The translations under genes were made by a program, and so were the position numbers. A stretch of DNA of 64,000 nucleotides from Macrostomum lignano (Eukaryota): the NCBI GenBank assembly GCA_002269645.1, contig NIVC01002267.1, forward strand, positions 62,001-126,000. The letters are read 5' to 3'. Below the pieces are notes generated by a model. The model was not told the origin of the DNA. It did not search any database and saw nothing but the letters and a program-made list of their open reading frames with translations. The number at the start of each line of letters is the position of its first letter. The stretch's first letter is position 1. This document shows positions 13,331 through 24,893 of this stretch, in pieces.

Positions 13331-14350
13331 TATTGTGGCATTCCTTCGGTTTACAATCATTGAAATTAGTGACAATCCCCATTGGAGAGATAGGGAAGAT
13401 ACAAAATTGTTGTCTATTTCATCAAAATGCAAAAAAATCAGTAGACAAGCACTCTAATCCTTTTTATTTATCCATCATAACACTAGCTGCATGTTCAAAT
13501 GAAAAAAGAAGGTAAAGGGGTTATAGTGATCCATTTCACAGTTCCAAGAATCCAAAGATGATCCTATATATCCACTTCGGTTTACGATCATTTAAATGGA
13601 AGAGATACATATAAATGATCGTGAACTGAAGCTAGCGTATGTGTGTAAGGGGGTTTTGGTGTTTTACAAGCTCTATCTGAAATCGATCACTATCTCAATA
13701 CATGGCTAGCTTCGGTTCATGATCATTTATATATATTGCTTACATCTAAATGATCGTAAACCAAAGCTGAGGGGGGGGGGATGGCAGCGTGCAGAGAATA
13801 ATAAAGCATCAAGTTACTTGGGAGTGCACCATAACTCAAGATGACATTTCAATTGCCAACAAGCCACCAAATAAATATATGACTACATGTCTTCGACACC
13901 CCCCTCAGCTTCGGTTCACGATCATTTAAATGGAAGAAAAACATGTAAATAATTGTGAACCGAAGCTAGATATGTATTGAGATAGTGATCGATTTCAGAT
14001 AGAGCTTGTAAAACACTAAAACCCCCTTATACACATATGCTAGCTTCGGTTCATGATCATTTACATGTATTGCTTCCATTTGAATGATCGTAAACCGAAG
14101 TGGATATATAGGATCCTTGTCATCGCCATGCCATGAAAGAAACCATTTGTCGGCTATTGTTAAAACTAAGTTGCACAGCAGACCAAATTTGTAAATTTGT
14201 TACAGTTTTTTTAATGTAACAAATAAGCTCAGTTTAACAATTTTTGTTTATTTCAAGCAAGCTATGATCATTTATATGAAAAATTACATGGGGATTGTGA
14301 ACCGAAATACGGGTGGAAAAATGATCATAAACCAAAGGAATGCCAATATT
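13331..14350. mobile_element. Foldback/MITE-like nested inverted-repeat element
   Basis: Inner arms 13560-13780 and 13899-14115 are ~220-bp reverse complements around a ~120-bp spacer. Outer arms 13331-13385 and 14285-14350 share the same TTCGGTTTACGATCATT motif. Confidence 0.8.
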
Positions 14351-16057
14351 GTTTGCTAACTATCTACGCCTAATAATATTGTTATTGTTATTATTATTAT
14401 TAGCATAGCATTGACTGTATAAAAAATTAGATAGAAATATAATATAATAATAACAGATAGTGAGATAGGCAATAGCAATGAAATATAAAAAATGAGTTGA
14501 TATTTCATAAATGATAGATGTACTAGACTTGTGTGACTATTTTTATCAGATAGTTTGTCATATAATTCCACAGAATTGTGCTTTTCCATAATTCCAATAT
14601 TTTTAGAATTACAGATCAGAAATAAGCTATTCCACTAAAGAAGCTAGACAGACCTAGTAAGCTTAGGTAACTTAGGCTTAGACTATGACTAATGTGGCTT
14701 TAATGACTTGTTAGCAGATAAAACAATATAAGTATAGGCCTATATACCATGGCCTATACGCCCTGTACCTAATCTAAAAGTGAAAAGGGCAAGCAATACT
14801 GCATAGTGGTCAGTGGATAGTGCTAAGACTAAGACAGGTCTGAGGCTAAATTTGATTTAATAGTTGGGATGTTTACGCGATTACTGTACTAGTGATACTA
14901 ATTGTACAAAAGACCACCAGAGCAGGCTAAATTTTTACTTTTAAATTAATTTAGGCCTAGCACGTTAGCTGTTAGGTCTAGTCTAACCCTCACTTTTAAT
15001 TAGTGAGACAGACTTTGCTGAGCTTATTTTTGAGCTAGCTCTGCGTCCTAGTAGTAGTAAGTTGGCTCAGGCAAGAAGCCTGTTTGGGCTTCTATATAGC
15101 CTTAATAATATAGCCTTATTAATTATAGAAAAAGGTTAAAAGACAAAAAAATAAAAAAAGAAAAATGAGAAAGAAAAGAGAAAAAGGAAAGAGCTAAGCA
15201 GAGATAAAAGATATGCACAATATCCAAAATTTGGTCTGCTGTGCAACTTAGTTTTAACAAATAATGCAACATAGTTTTTGGCCAAAAATGCAACTTTTAT
15301 GTAAAAGAAACCCTTAAGCAAATTAATGAAATTTTGGATAAATGGCAGGAATAACTATGATTGTCTTATTAAGACAAAATTCCTCTTAGCTGCAGGGCTG
15401 TCTCGGAAGGGACACAGCAGGAAGGCGCAGGTGCCCATTCCGCTATGACAAAATTCCTCATTATTTACTTAGTACTACTTGGATATTTATTCGGGAAGGC
15501 ATTTTTGCAACTTACCTTGGTTGGCCTCCAAATTGGTCAGCTAGATTGGCCAACTTGGCTGACTATTGTGCATATATACTTGAGTAGACCAGATTGCCAT
15601 TGTGAAGTTTCAAAGGACCCAAGTGCTAGATAGAGAGGCTTTAAGGGTCATGTATAGCCCTTGGGCTGGTGTTTGCCAACCCTTAATCTATAAAACATGT
15701 TGCTTGTTGTATTTTATGATTATAGCAATTTGTATATTTCTACAATTTTTTTGAGTCATTGATTTAATTTGATCAAATTGGATTATACCTAAAAGTTTAG
15801 ATATGGTATTTAATTTGGTAACCCCTGAGTTTAGACCTAGTATAATGCAAAATGGCACTATGATTTTAATGATTAAAATATTTTAGCTAACTATAGTTGT
15901 AATAAGCATTTATACATTTTCTATTTATTCATTCATCATTATATACCTAATAACCTATGATAAACTTTTGGTCTTGATACTACTAAAATATATTCTTAAT
16001 TTTTTCATGATAAAATATTTGCTACAATAGAGTTTTCCCAATCAACTATATATTCAC

Positions 16058-19000
16058 ATGGATGACACATCTGCACCTGCCAATGGTTGCATTACTGGCA
16101 CAGATGACAACAAAGTTGATTCTTTAGCAAACAATAGCAACTCTAATGAATTAGTTGCTGAAGATAATAACATCAATCCCTTTAAGTCTGCTGAGGTTTT
16201 GCAACCATCTAGAGCTGATGATGAAAGTTCTGAGACTGCTGTAGTAAATCCAGCTGATATAGCAGGGCAATTTGCTGCTCAAGAATCCATGGATTCCCCT
16301 ATTGAAACTGCTAACACTGATGATAGGCAAGCTGAGCCTGTTCCTGATCATCAAGAGCCGTCTTCTGATCATCAAGAGCCGTCTTCTGATCATCAAGAGC
16401 CGTCTTCTGATCATCAAGGGCCGTCCTCTAATCAGCAAGAGCCGTCTTCTGATCATCAAGAGCCGTCTTCCGATTACCAAGAGCCGTCTTCTGATCGCCA
16501 AGAGCCGTCTTCTGATCATCAAGAGCCTGGTTTTGACCATAAAGTATCTCGTTCTCATCATATTGAGCCAGCTTCTGATCAAATAGAGCCTGCTTTGAAT
16601 CACCAAGAGCCTGGTACTGATGATGATCAAGAGCCTGTTTCCAATCAAATAGAGCCCACTGCTGCAACCTCTGAGCGCACTGCAGACAATCTTTCAAGCT
16701 CATTTGTTGAAGTGATTGACAGCTGTCAATCAAACAATCAAGGGGAGACTAGTGATCAATTGGCTCAAGCTGACGAGTCTGAACACGTTGACTCCGAAGT
16801 TGAATTAGTTTTAAATGTTAACGAATCTTCTGATCTTCTTGATGATATTGGTGAATTAAAGTCTGACCAGCAAAAGTCTGGAGTAGCCAAAACAAGCCAA
16901 CCAAATTGTGACTTGAATACTGCAGAGACGTCAGTTGCTGAACAAGGCGATTCAGTTCAACAGACAGAGACTGCAACTGAAAAGGGTCGTAGCCCCAGTC
17001 CCACTAACATTGCTGCTAAACTGTCTACAAATACTGAAGCCGATTCTATTGAAAGAGAAGCGATTGCTACCGAGTCGAATGTTGATATTAAGCTTCCGGG
17101 TAGCAATGAACCCACTGATCAGATAGACGCAGACTCAAATGAAAAAGAAGCAACGGTTTCGGAAATCAATGCCGGTATTGAGTTGCCTAGCAACTCTGAA
17201 CTAATTGACCGTCCTATGAGTACAGATCAGACCAATAGCAACAGTAAGAACGATCAAGAACAGGTAGATTCTCAGGTAGCTGCTGCACAAACAGAAAAAA
17301 GCAAAGCCGATGATGGTAATAAAGCTACTAATGATACACCCAAAGAGCCGTCCACTATTGCTAAACACCCGCCAGCCATTCGAGCTCGACCAACGCCGGG
17401 CAGTTCGACAATGATCGATTTGACTTTAAGCGACGATGAAGCGGACAATACAACTAGCGCTGCAAATTCTAGAAAGCGACCGCAGGCAGTTATTTCCGGA
17501 GCCGCAACGGCTAGCTCACAATCGGCTGATAATCAGCCTTCAGTAGCTAGCGTGGCTGCTAGCAGTGACAATAGGAGTCATGGCAACAGTGAATCACATG
17601 ACGGCACTTCGTCAGCTAAGCGCAGTCGAACCGACTCATCGATTCTTCCCAGTCTTGACGCTGTCTTAGAAACATCCAATCAGGAAAGTCACCTCTACGT
17701 ACCGCCGTTCACTCTGCCGGCTCTGTCCGAAGTTACCAGTATGGTGTCTAATCGAATATTTCGCCTAGAACGCGATGTCAGATTTCTTAAGGAGAAACTC
17801 GACAAACAGCAGAATAAAATGCGGTCTCTGCTTACTATGAATAGACGATTAGATACGGAGATTCTAATGCAGAAAAGTGGCCGCCCCAGCGCGCAAAATA
17901 TTGGCGTCGCATCGGCGATGGCAGCCGCTCAGCAACAGGCGGTTCACAATCCGGCACCGACTGCGGCCGCTGTTCATCATCAGCAGCAGCATCAGCATCA
18001 ACAGGCTGTTGTGATGCTTCAAGCTCCTGCTCAGCATCCAGTGCATCAGCATCATCATCAGCAGCAGCAACATCAACAGCTTAGATTGCATCATCAACCA
18101 GCAGTTCAACAGGTGCCAGCAAATTCATCGAATCGTATGCCCGCCGCTGCGACACGTCAAATGCCAAACTCGGCTATCACTATCGACTTGACTTCTGAGG
18201 ATGAGCCACAGGCTGCATCATCGAATCTGCGTGGACTTATCGGGGCTGAGCGTAGAAAAGCGCGAACTGGAGTTGCAGGTTCTACCGCTGTTTCTACTCG
18301 CAAAGGTAGGCTTTTATAGTTTTTCTAATTTCGAAGTTATTTAGACAACAATAGTTTTGTTGTATATCTGCTCTATCATAAATTTCGGCATCAGTAGAGA
18401 AGTTTAGACACGATATCCGATATGCATCGAAAAAATCTTTAACGTAGATGGCTGACATGTATCGCAGAGAACTATGTAGCATAGGTAGCCGATGTGTATC
18501 GAAAAGCTATTTAGCATAAATAGCCGATATGTATCGAAAAGCTATTTAGAATAAATAGCCGATATGTATCGAAAAAACGATTCAGTTTGGATTTCTAATA
18601 TCTATTAAAAGGGTTCCATAAGATCATAACTAGAAGCCCACAAAAAACGTTTACAATCAGATCGCAGTCTGCCGGCCCCACTGCCGGTGACCCCAGCCCC
18701 GTTGTCGGCCGTCTCCACCAGCAAGTTGCCGCCGTCCAGGGCTACGCTAACCTTGGAGCGGACGCCCGAAGGCGTCACCCTACAGTGGGATCTAACTGAC
18801 GTCAGCCATCTACACGCCGGCGTGAAAGCCTACGAGATCTGGAGCTACTCGGAGGTGCTAGACGAGCGGCAGCCGCGTCGCCGACAACCGCCTTCGTGTC
18901 CGTGGGCCAAAGTTGGTGACGTGAAGGCTCTACCATTGCCGATGTCGTGCAGCCTGACCCAGATCGAAGCCGGCAGTATGTTTCACTTCGCCGTCCGAGC

Positions 19001-19151
19001 TCTGGACGTCTATAATAGATTTGGCAGGTGGAGCAACGTCTGCTCCGTTCCTGTGCCGCTTCAGGCGGTGCGCCCTTCGCCCGGCTCTTCGGCTGCAAAT
19101 ATGAGGACCGGCTCGCAGCAGCAGTTTATGGGCACCGTGCTGAGGGCTTGA
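16058..19151 (+). CDS. ATF7IP: ATF7IP/MCAF1/Windei-like SETDB1 cofactor (2 coding exons: 16058-18305, 18661-19151)
   Basis: The phase-1 splice AAAG|gtaggc...aatcag|AT gives DRSLPAPLP. The C-terminal fibronectin-III domain WAKVGDVKALPLPMSCSLTQ...FHFAVRALDVYNRFG matches the ATF7IP signature KALPLPMACTLTQF..YYFAVRA.D.YGRFG. Also present: a long acidic disordered N-terminus, a coiled coil (RIFRLERDVRFLKEKLDKQQNK) and SIM-like IDLT+acidic motifs. Confidence 0.88.
16342..16530 (+). repeat. Coding 21-bp tandem repeat (DHQEPSS, about 9 copies) inside ATF7IP exon 1
   Basis: CTGATCATCAAGAGCCGTCTT units repeat in frame. Confidence 0.9.
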
Positions 19152-19254
19152 TTGCTAGTTCTTGTATGCTAATTATATCCAAGCTTGTCTTAACATGCCA
19201 ATAATTCTAATATTTATGTCCGTTTATATTGTACTAGACGACTGCAACTCATTG

Positions 19255-20300
19255 TAATCTAGGATCAGTTGGATGAGATTTTGAATCTACGATCTGATTC
19301 GTGAAACTTTGAATCTAGGATCTGATTCGTTAGACTTTGAATCTAGGATCTGATTCGTGAAACTTTGAATCTAGGATCTGATTCGTTAGACTTTGAATCT
19401 AGGATCTGATTGAAGAGATTTTGAATCTAGGATCTGATTCGTGAGACCTTGAATCTAGAATCTGATTCGTGAGACTTTAAATCTAGGATCTGATTCGTGA
19501 GACCTTGAATCTAGGATCTGATTCGTGAGACCTTGAATCTAGGATCTGATTCGTGAGACCTTGAATCTAGAATCTGATTCGTGAGACTTTAAATCTAGGA
19601 TCTGATTCGTGAGACCTTGAATCTAGAATCTGATTCGTGAGACCTTGAATCTAGGATCTGATTCGTGAGACCTTGAATCTAGAATCTGATTCGTGAGACC
19701 TTGAATCTAGGATCTGAAGGGTGAGATTTTGTATCTAGGATCTGAAGGGTGAGATTTTGAATCTAGAATCTGATTCGTGAGACCTTGAATCTAGGATCTG
19801 ATTCGTGAGACCTTGAATCTAGGATCTGATTCGTGAGACCTTGAATCTAGGATCTGATTCGTGAGACCTTGAATCTAGGATCTGATTCGTGAGACCTTGA
19901 ATCTAGGATCTGATTCGTGAGACCTTGAATCTAGGATCTGATTCGTGAGACCTTGAATCTAGGATCTGATTCGTGAGACCTTGAATCTAGGATCTGATTC
20001 GTGAGACCTTGAATCTAGGATCTGAAGGGTGAGATTTTGTATCTAGGATCTGAAGGGTGAGATTTTGAATCTAGGATCTAAAGGGTGAGATTTTTTATCT
20101 AGGAACTAATTGATTAGATTTCGAATCTAGGATCTAAAGGGTGAGATTTTGAATCTAGGATCTAAAGGGTGAGATTTTTTATCTAGGAACTAATTGATTA
20201 GATTTCGAATCTAGGATCTAAAGGGTGAGATTTTGAATCCAGTATCTAATTGATGTGATTTTTTTAATCTAGGATCTGAAAGGTGAGATTTTGAATCGAA
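19255..20300. repeat. Minisatellite, 28-bp unit GAATCTAGGATCTGATTCGTGAGACCTT
   Basis: More than 30 tandem copies just downstream of the ATF7IP stop codon, degenerating at both ends. Confidence 0.95.
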
Positions 20301-21354
20301 ACTTTAAGAAGGTGGATTTTTAAAGGTAAAGGTGTCACTTTTTCTAATGATTTTAAAATAGCCTGGCAAATAAGTCGCTCTCCATTACTACGGAATCCTA
20401 TATATGCATTACATAGATTGCATGCCAGTCCGTGTGTGTTGTGTCTTTTCTGTTTTGTGCTGTCTAGTTGGGAGTTAATTTTTTGCGAGCTAATGTTTAT
20501 TTAATTATTATTGACTTTTACAATTTCGTGTTTTAAATTTTGTTTATTTAATAATTTCTACTCACTTACAAAGTTCTAGTAACTATTTGTACTTTTCGTA
20601 TAAGCCATAAATTAAATTGTCATCTATGCAACTCGTTCTTTTTAATCTGTCTATCCTAAATTGTAAATAGATTTACTAAATGAAGTTTATATTTATCATT
20701 TAGTGTTGAACGATTTTAACCGGGAATTATTGTGCACCTGGTCATGCAGTTTTTCCTGTTTTTATTGCTTGTAATTGCTTCTGTAATTGGTTTGCCATTT
20801 CTATAATTCTATTAATTTCTTATCTATCAATTCAGTTTTTAACGATTCTTTCCATTTTAAATTTGTATGATTAGTCAGTTTATACTTTTTCCTATTGCAC
20901 GCTACTGATAGTAAGTGAATTGAGTCTTATTTTGTATTGTACTCGTAAAACAAAACCATGCTTATATTGAACCTTATTTGACGGATTGTAGTTAGTAGTT
21001 TGTCGTTGTTTCAAATATTTAGTTGAGTCTACAACGATGAATAGTTATTAAGTAATCAGGCTCCAACACATTATTATTGTATTATAATAAAATTATGCAT
21101 TATGCAGCTATATAATATAGCTATTGTAATTATTGTCTTACTAAATTATCGGACTAATCATTGTAAATATGCGTATTGACGTATTTAGTAATGTTTGTAT
21201 AGCTAATAACTTGTTGAATTGAATAGCAATAATAAGCTGCTGCTGTTAGTGTGCCTCCTGCTTGACATTGCGGCGGCATTCGGCTGTTTTTTGCCGTTGA
21301 TTCCAATGCTTCCCATTTGTATCTTAATTCGTTTCAGTATTATATATTCTAGGC

Positions 21355-21404
21355 CTCTGTCTGTCTCTGTCTGTCTTAGTGTCTGTCTGTCTGTCTCTCT
21401 GTCC

Positions 21405-21448
<44 letters not shown>

Positions 21449-21562
21449 GCCTGCCTGTCTGTCTGTCTTAGCTGGTAGTGTCGGACTGTCTGTCTGTCTG
21501 TCTGTCTGTCTCTCTGTCCGTCTGTCTGTCTGTCTGCCTGTCTGTCTCTCTGTCTGTCTGTC
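21355..21562. repeat. (CTGT)n microsatellite
   Basis: Imperfect tetranucleotide run; it explains ORF 21219-21590. Confidence 0.9.
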
Positions 21563-21800
21563 TTTCAGTACTTCCTATGTATTATGTTAATAAACTGCTA
21601 ATAGCTGATAACACCCTGGTTTTTTACAAATTTATGACTCACAAAATATCGATCTAGGAGCTGAGTGTGAGAGTTAGAAGCTGCTTGTTTAAAATTGCGA
21701 TTGCCAAAAGCAAAACAGAACGGCATGCAAGCAGGCGGAGCGAGCCAGGCCGCTGGCTCCTTCGATTCTCAATGTTTGCAGCAGCCGAGACTTTCAGACT

Positions 21801-23040
21801 ATGGCACCGTTGGCGAGGAGGCTGACGGAGTTCAGGTAGCTGCTAGCGGCTGTTATTGTGAACTGTGTAGTGCTGCGTATGTACAATGGCTTTGAGGCAC
21901 CAGTATACTTTGTCGTTCATGATTCCTGATGTACATTTGTGTATTTCAGACTGTACATCCTCGAAAGTATCAATGTTATTCCTGAAGATGCCGATGAGAT
22001 TAGTAGATGTCGATCCATGAATGTATCATGATAAATCGCTCGTGAAGGTTGCAATGTGTATTCTCCAGGTTTTAATGTCTGCTCTGAAGATTTCTATATC
22101 TGTCCTGAAGGTGTCAATATCTGTCCTGAAGGTGCCAATATCTGTCCTGAAGGTGTCAGAATCTGTCCTGAAGGAGTGAATATCTGTCTTTAAAGTGTCA
22201 AAGTCCGTCCTCAAAGGTGTCAGTATCTGTCCCAAAGGTATCAATATCTGTTCTTTAGATAGCAATATCTGTCCCAAAGGTGTTAATACCTGTCCTTAGG
22301 GGGTCAATATCTGTCCTGAAGGTGTCAGTATCTGTCCTAAAGGTATCAATTTCTTTCTTGAAGGTGTCAATATCTGTCCTGAAGGTATCAATTTCTATCC
22401 TGAAGGTGTCAGTATCTGTCCTGAAGGTATCAATTTCTATCCTGAAGGTGTCAGTATCTGTCCTGAAGGTATCAATTTCTATCCTGAAGGTGTCAGTATC
22501 TGTCCTAAAGGTATCAATTTCTATCCTGAAGGTGTCAGTATCTGTCCTAAATGGGTCAATATCTGTCCTGAAGGTTTCAATACCTTTCCTGCACGTGTTA
22601 ATATACCTTTTAACAGTGTTGTTGGGCATAAGTGAAATTTATTTAGTCCAAGTGTTCCTACCACTGAGTGAAGTGAGTTTGATATAGTCTAGCTGTTGAT
22701 TTTGGCCATAGACGATTGAGGAAAAGTGAAATATATTTGGTCGCTCTTGCTTAGCGCTGAGCTTACCGTGACTTAAAGTTAGTCGTAGTGAAATTTATTT
22801 AGTCCGCTTAGAGTTCTTGTTTGGCTATAGAATTTGCTGAATCATAGAATTCTTTCTATTGGCGATAGGAATGCAGCTGCCGCGTTAGGCATTACGCTGC
22901 AGGAACACCGCGCACGCATTCTGGAGCGTGAACTGGAAGACTGTATGAGCGCAGTTACACAGCTGCACTGCGAAGCCTGGCACCGAGAAAGTCTGCGCTA
23001 TGTACCGCGCTGCATAGCCATGGAGGACATCGTTGCCTAA
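21801..23040 (+). CDS. Predicted small (~105 aa) protein of unknown function, 3 exons (21801-21835, 21950-22022, 22831-23040)
   Basis: ATG GCA CCG..TTC AG|gtagct and gtatttcag|A CTG TAC join in phase (MAPLARRLTEFRLYILESINVIPEDADEISRCRSMN). A GC-rich coding-like last exon follows (RNAAAALGITLQEHRARILERELEDCMSAVTQLHCEAW..). The second donor (AAT|gtatca) is weak and no family was recognised. Confidence 0.45.
22075..22590. repeat. 21-bp minisatellite (ATATCTGTCCTGAAGGTGTCA and variants)
   Basis: About 24 copies with alternating variants; it explains ORFs 22026-22687. Confidence 0.9.
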
Positions 23041-23362
23041 TTGAACACTGAACAGTTTTGTTTGCCTGACGGTCACTAGTTGTGTGCTGCCATTGCATCT
23101 TACACCTTACATCTTACATCTTACACATCTTATGTGTTTTTGCGCCTTTTATGAAAGTTTACGATCTCGTTGACCATATTCATTTCACTTTGACTAAATA
23201 AAAGTCACCATCTCGTTGCGCGCGCTAAAAAACGACTATATTGAATTCACCGTCTATGGCTGCAAGCTAATTGAAGCGACTAAATCAAACTCACTTCGCT
23301 CAGTGGTAGGAGCACTTGGACTAGATAAATTTCACTTATGCCCAACAACACTGTTAAAAGGT
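22605..23362. repeat. ~110-bp inverted repeat pair (22605-22714 and 23251-23362)
   Basis: ACCTTTTAACAGTGTTGTTGGGCATAAGTGAAATTTATTTAGTCCAAGTG..CCACTGAG..AAGTGAGTTTGAT....GCCATAGACG and its reverse complement. Confidence 0.85.
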
Positions 23363-23918
23363 TTGCGGCCCAACGAGTCAGGCTATTTTAGTCTCTGTGT
23401 GTAAGAGGATGGAGAAAAATAAATTTTATCAATACTTGTAGATCCCAAAAGTAAGGTCAGAATGAGCTGATTTTGCACAGATAACTTTCGCCCCGTTCAG
23501 GCTTTCATTGGATTAATTTGTTACCGATTTCTCCAAGGACAAGTTGACTAAATGTGTATTGTCAAAATTGAACCAGAGTTTGTCAAAATTGAAGCTTGAT
23601 CTGTCAATATTGATTGTAGATTTTGAGTGCCCAACCATAGAGTGTCAATATTGAAGAGGAGTTTGTCAGTTTCGAAGATCTCCTTGTTCAAAATGGAGGG
23701 TAAAATGGTGTAATATGCGTTGAAGGTTTCCGTATCAGTCCTTAAGATTGTACTAACGTCCTGAAGGTTCAAATACTCGTATTTGTCCCGAAGGTGCCAG
23801 TATTATAGTAGCATTATTTAGTGCTATTTTACATTTTACACCAAAATTTCTTGTTCAAAGCCGTTGTCATGCATGCATGCGTCTGCTTGTTTTTCAGCAC
23901 TGGAAAATTCACGCTGGC

Positions 23919-24893
23919 ATGGCAACGGTTGCTAAGGCGGAGGGCGAAGAAATGCAACCATTGGCGGATGCGAATGCAAAGTTAGTCACTTGCCTAGTTT
24001 TTTTACATTGTACCCCACTTGTTTTGATGCTAACCTAAACTCGTAATTTTTTGTTTTCCCTTTAGCAGGTCGTCCTCCGTTGCTATGACAACCGAGACAG
24101 CTTCATCAACAACTCCGAAAGCTAATTCAACTGGGAAGCCTTCGACTAGCCATAAAAATTTAAATAAATTTAATGCTTGGATAATACGAGTGGGTCCCAG
24201 GTTAGTGAATTAATTAAAATATACGAGTACTTTCCTATTACTGCTAGTAATGTGTTTGCCTGTTCTTAGTTTTTTAATCTTAAAATTATATTGTAGCTGT
24301 CTGTCAAATTCCGATTTACAACAGCACAAGAAGATTATTCTCATATCGACATTCTTTTGCGTTTTTGGTATTGGTAAGCTATTTTTATACACACTGCCAT
24401 TGTTGCACTACTTTTTAGTGCTTTTATAGCGATCGTTTACTAACAGTACCGAGCAGAGTTTGTTTGCACAAAATCCGTTTTGAAGGTTTAGAATAAGACT
24501 ACTGAATCATAGTTTATTGTCCTGAATCCTCTCAGTCACAATCGCATGCTTCATTTCCTATCAGTGCTGTGCAGCATCGGTGCCGCCCTGACTGCCAAGC
24601 AGCCCAGTGCGCTCTACAATCTGGTCTTTGTCATTGGCGGACTTGTCATCTTTGTGCCAGGAAGTAAGTACATTAGTCTAAAATTATATTTTAGAAAAAC
24701 ATTTTTAGTATATGGGATGATATGTGCACTACTTGTGGTAGAAAAATTGAGCAATATTTTAAATTCTAGAATTCAGATGCCAACAATACTACTCGTAATT
24801 GAATTTTTTTTAGTTTACTACTTGGTCTACATTATTCGAGCATACCAAGGCCACGATGGCTACTCATTTGAAGACTTACCGCCAATGGACTGA
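23919..24893 (+). CDS. TMEM230/TMEM134-family (DUF872-like) small membrane protein, 4 coding exons (23919-23980, 24069-24200, 24536-24663, 24814-24893)
   Basis: All four junctions are GT-AG and in phase (AA|gttagt, ttagcag|G, AG|gttagt, ctcag|T, A|gtaagt, tttttag|TT). The spliced C-terminus VIGGLVIFVPGIYYLVYIIRAYQGHDGYSFEDLPPMD parallels the recalled TMEM230 tail [37 protein letters not shown]. Confidence 0.75.
24079..24092. promoter_or_regulatory. RFX X-box consensus (GTTGCTATGACAAC) within exon 2 of the TMEM230-like gene
   Basis: Matches the palindromic RFX consensus GTTNYY-AT-RRNAAC. A weaker GCTGGCATGGCAAC overlaps the ATG at ~23914-23927. Confidence 0.4.

Noticed and set aside
19255-20300. 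CRISPR-like appearance of the 28-bp array (and of the other 20-53-bp arrays)
   Set aside because: Units are directly tandem with no unique spacers, there are no cas genes, and the context is eukaryotic.
21695-21895. 66-aa ORF from the track as the first exon of the small gene
   Set aside because: Its frame hits a stop soon after the next acceptor; the alternative frame starting at ATG 21801 splices in phase and was used instead.
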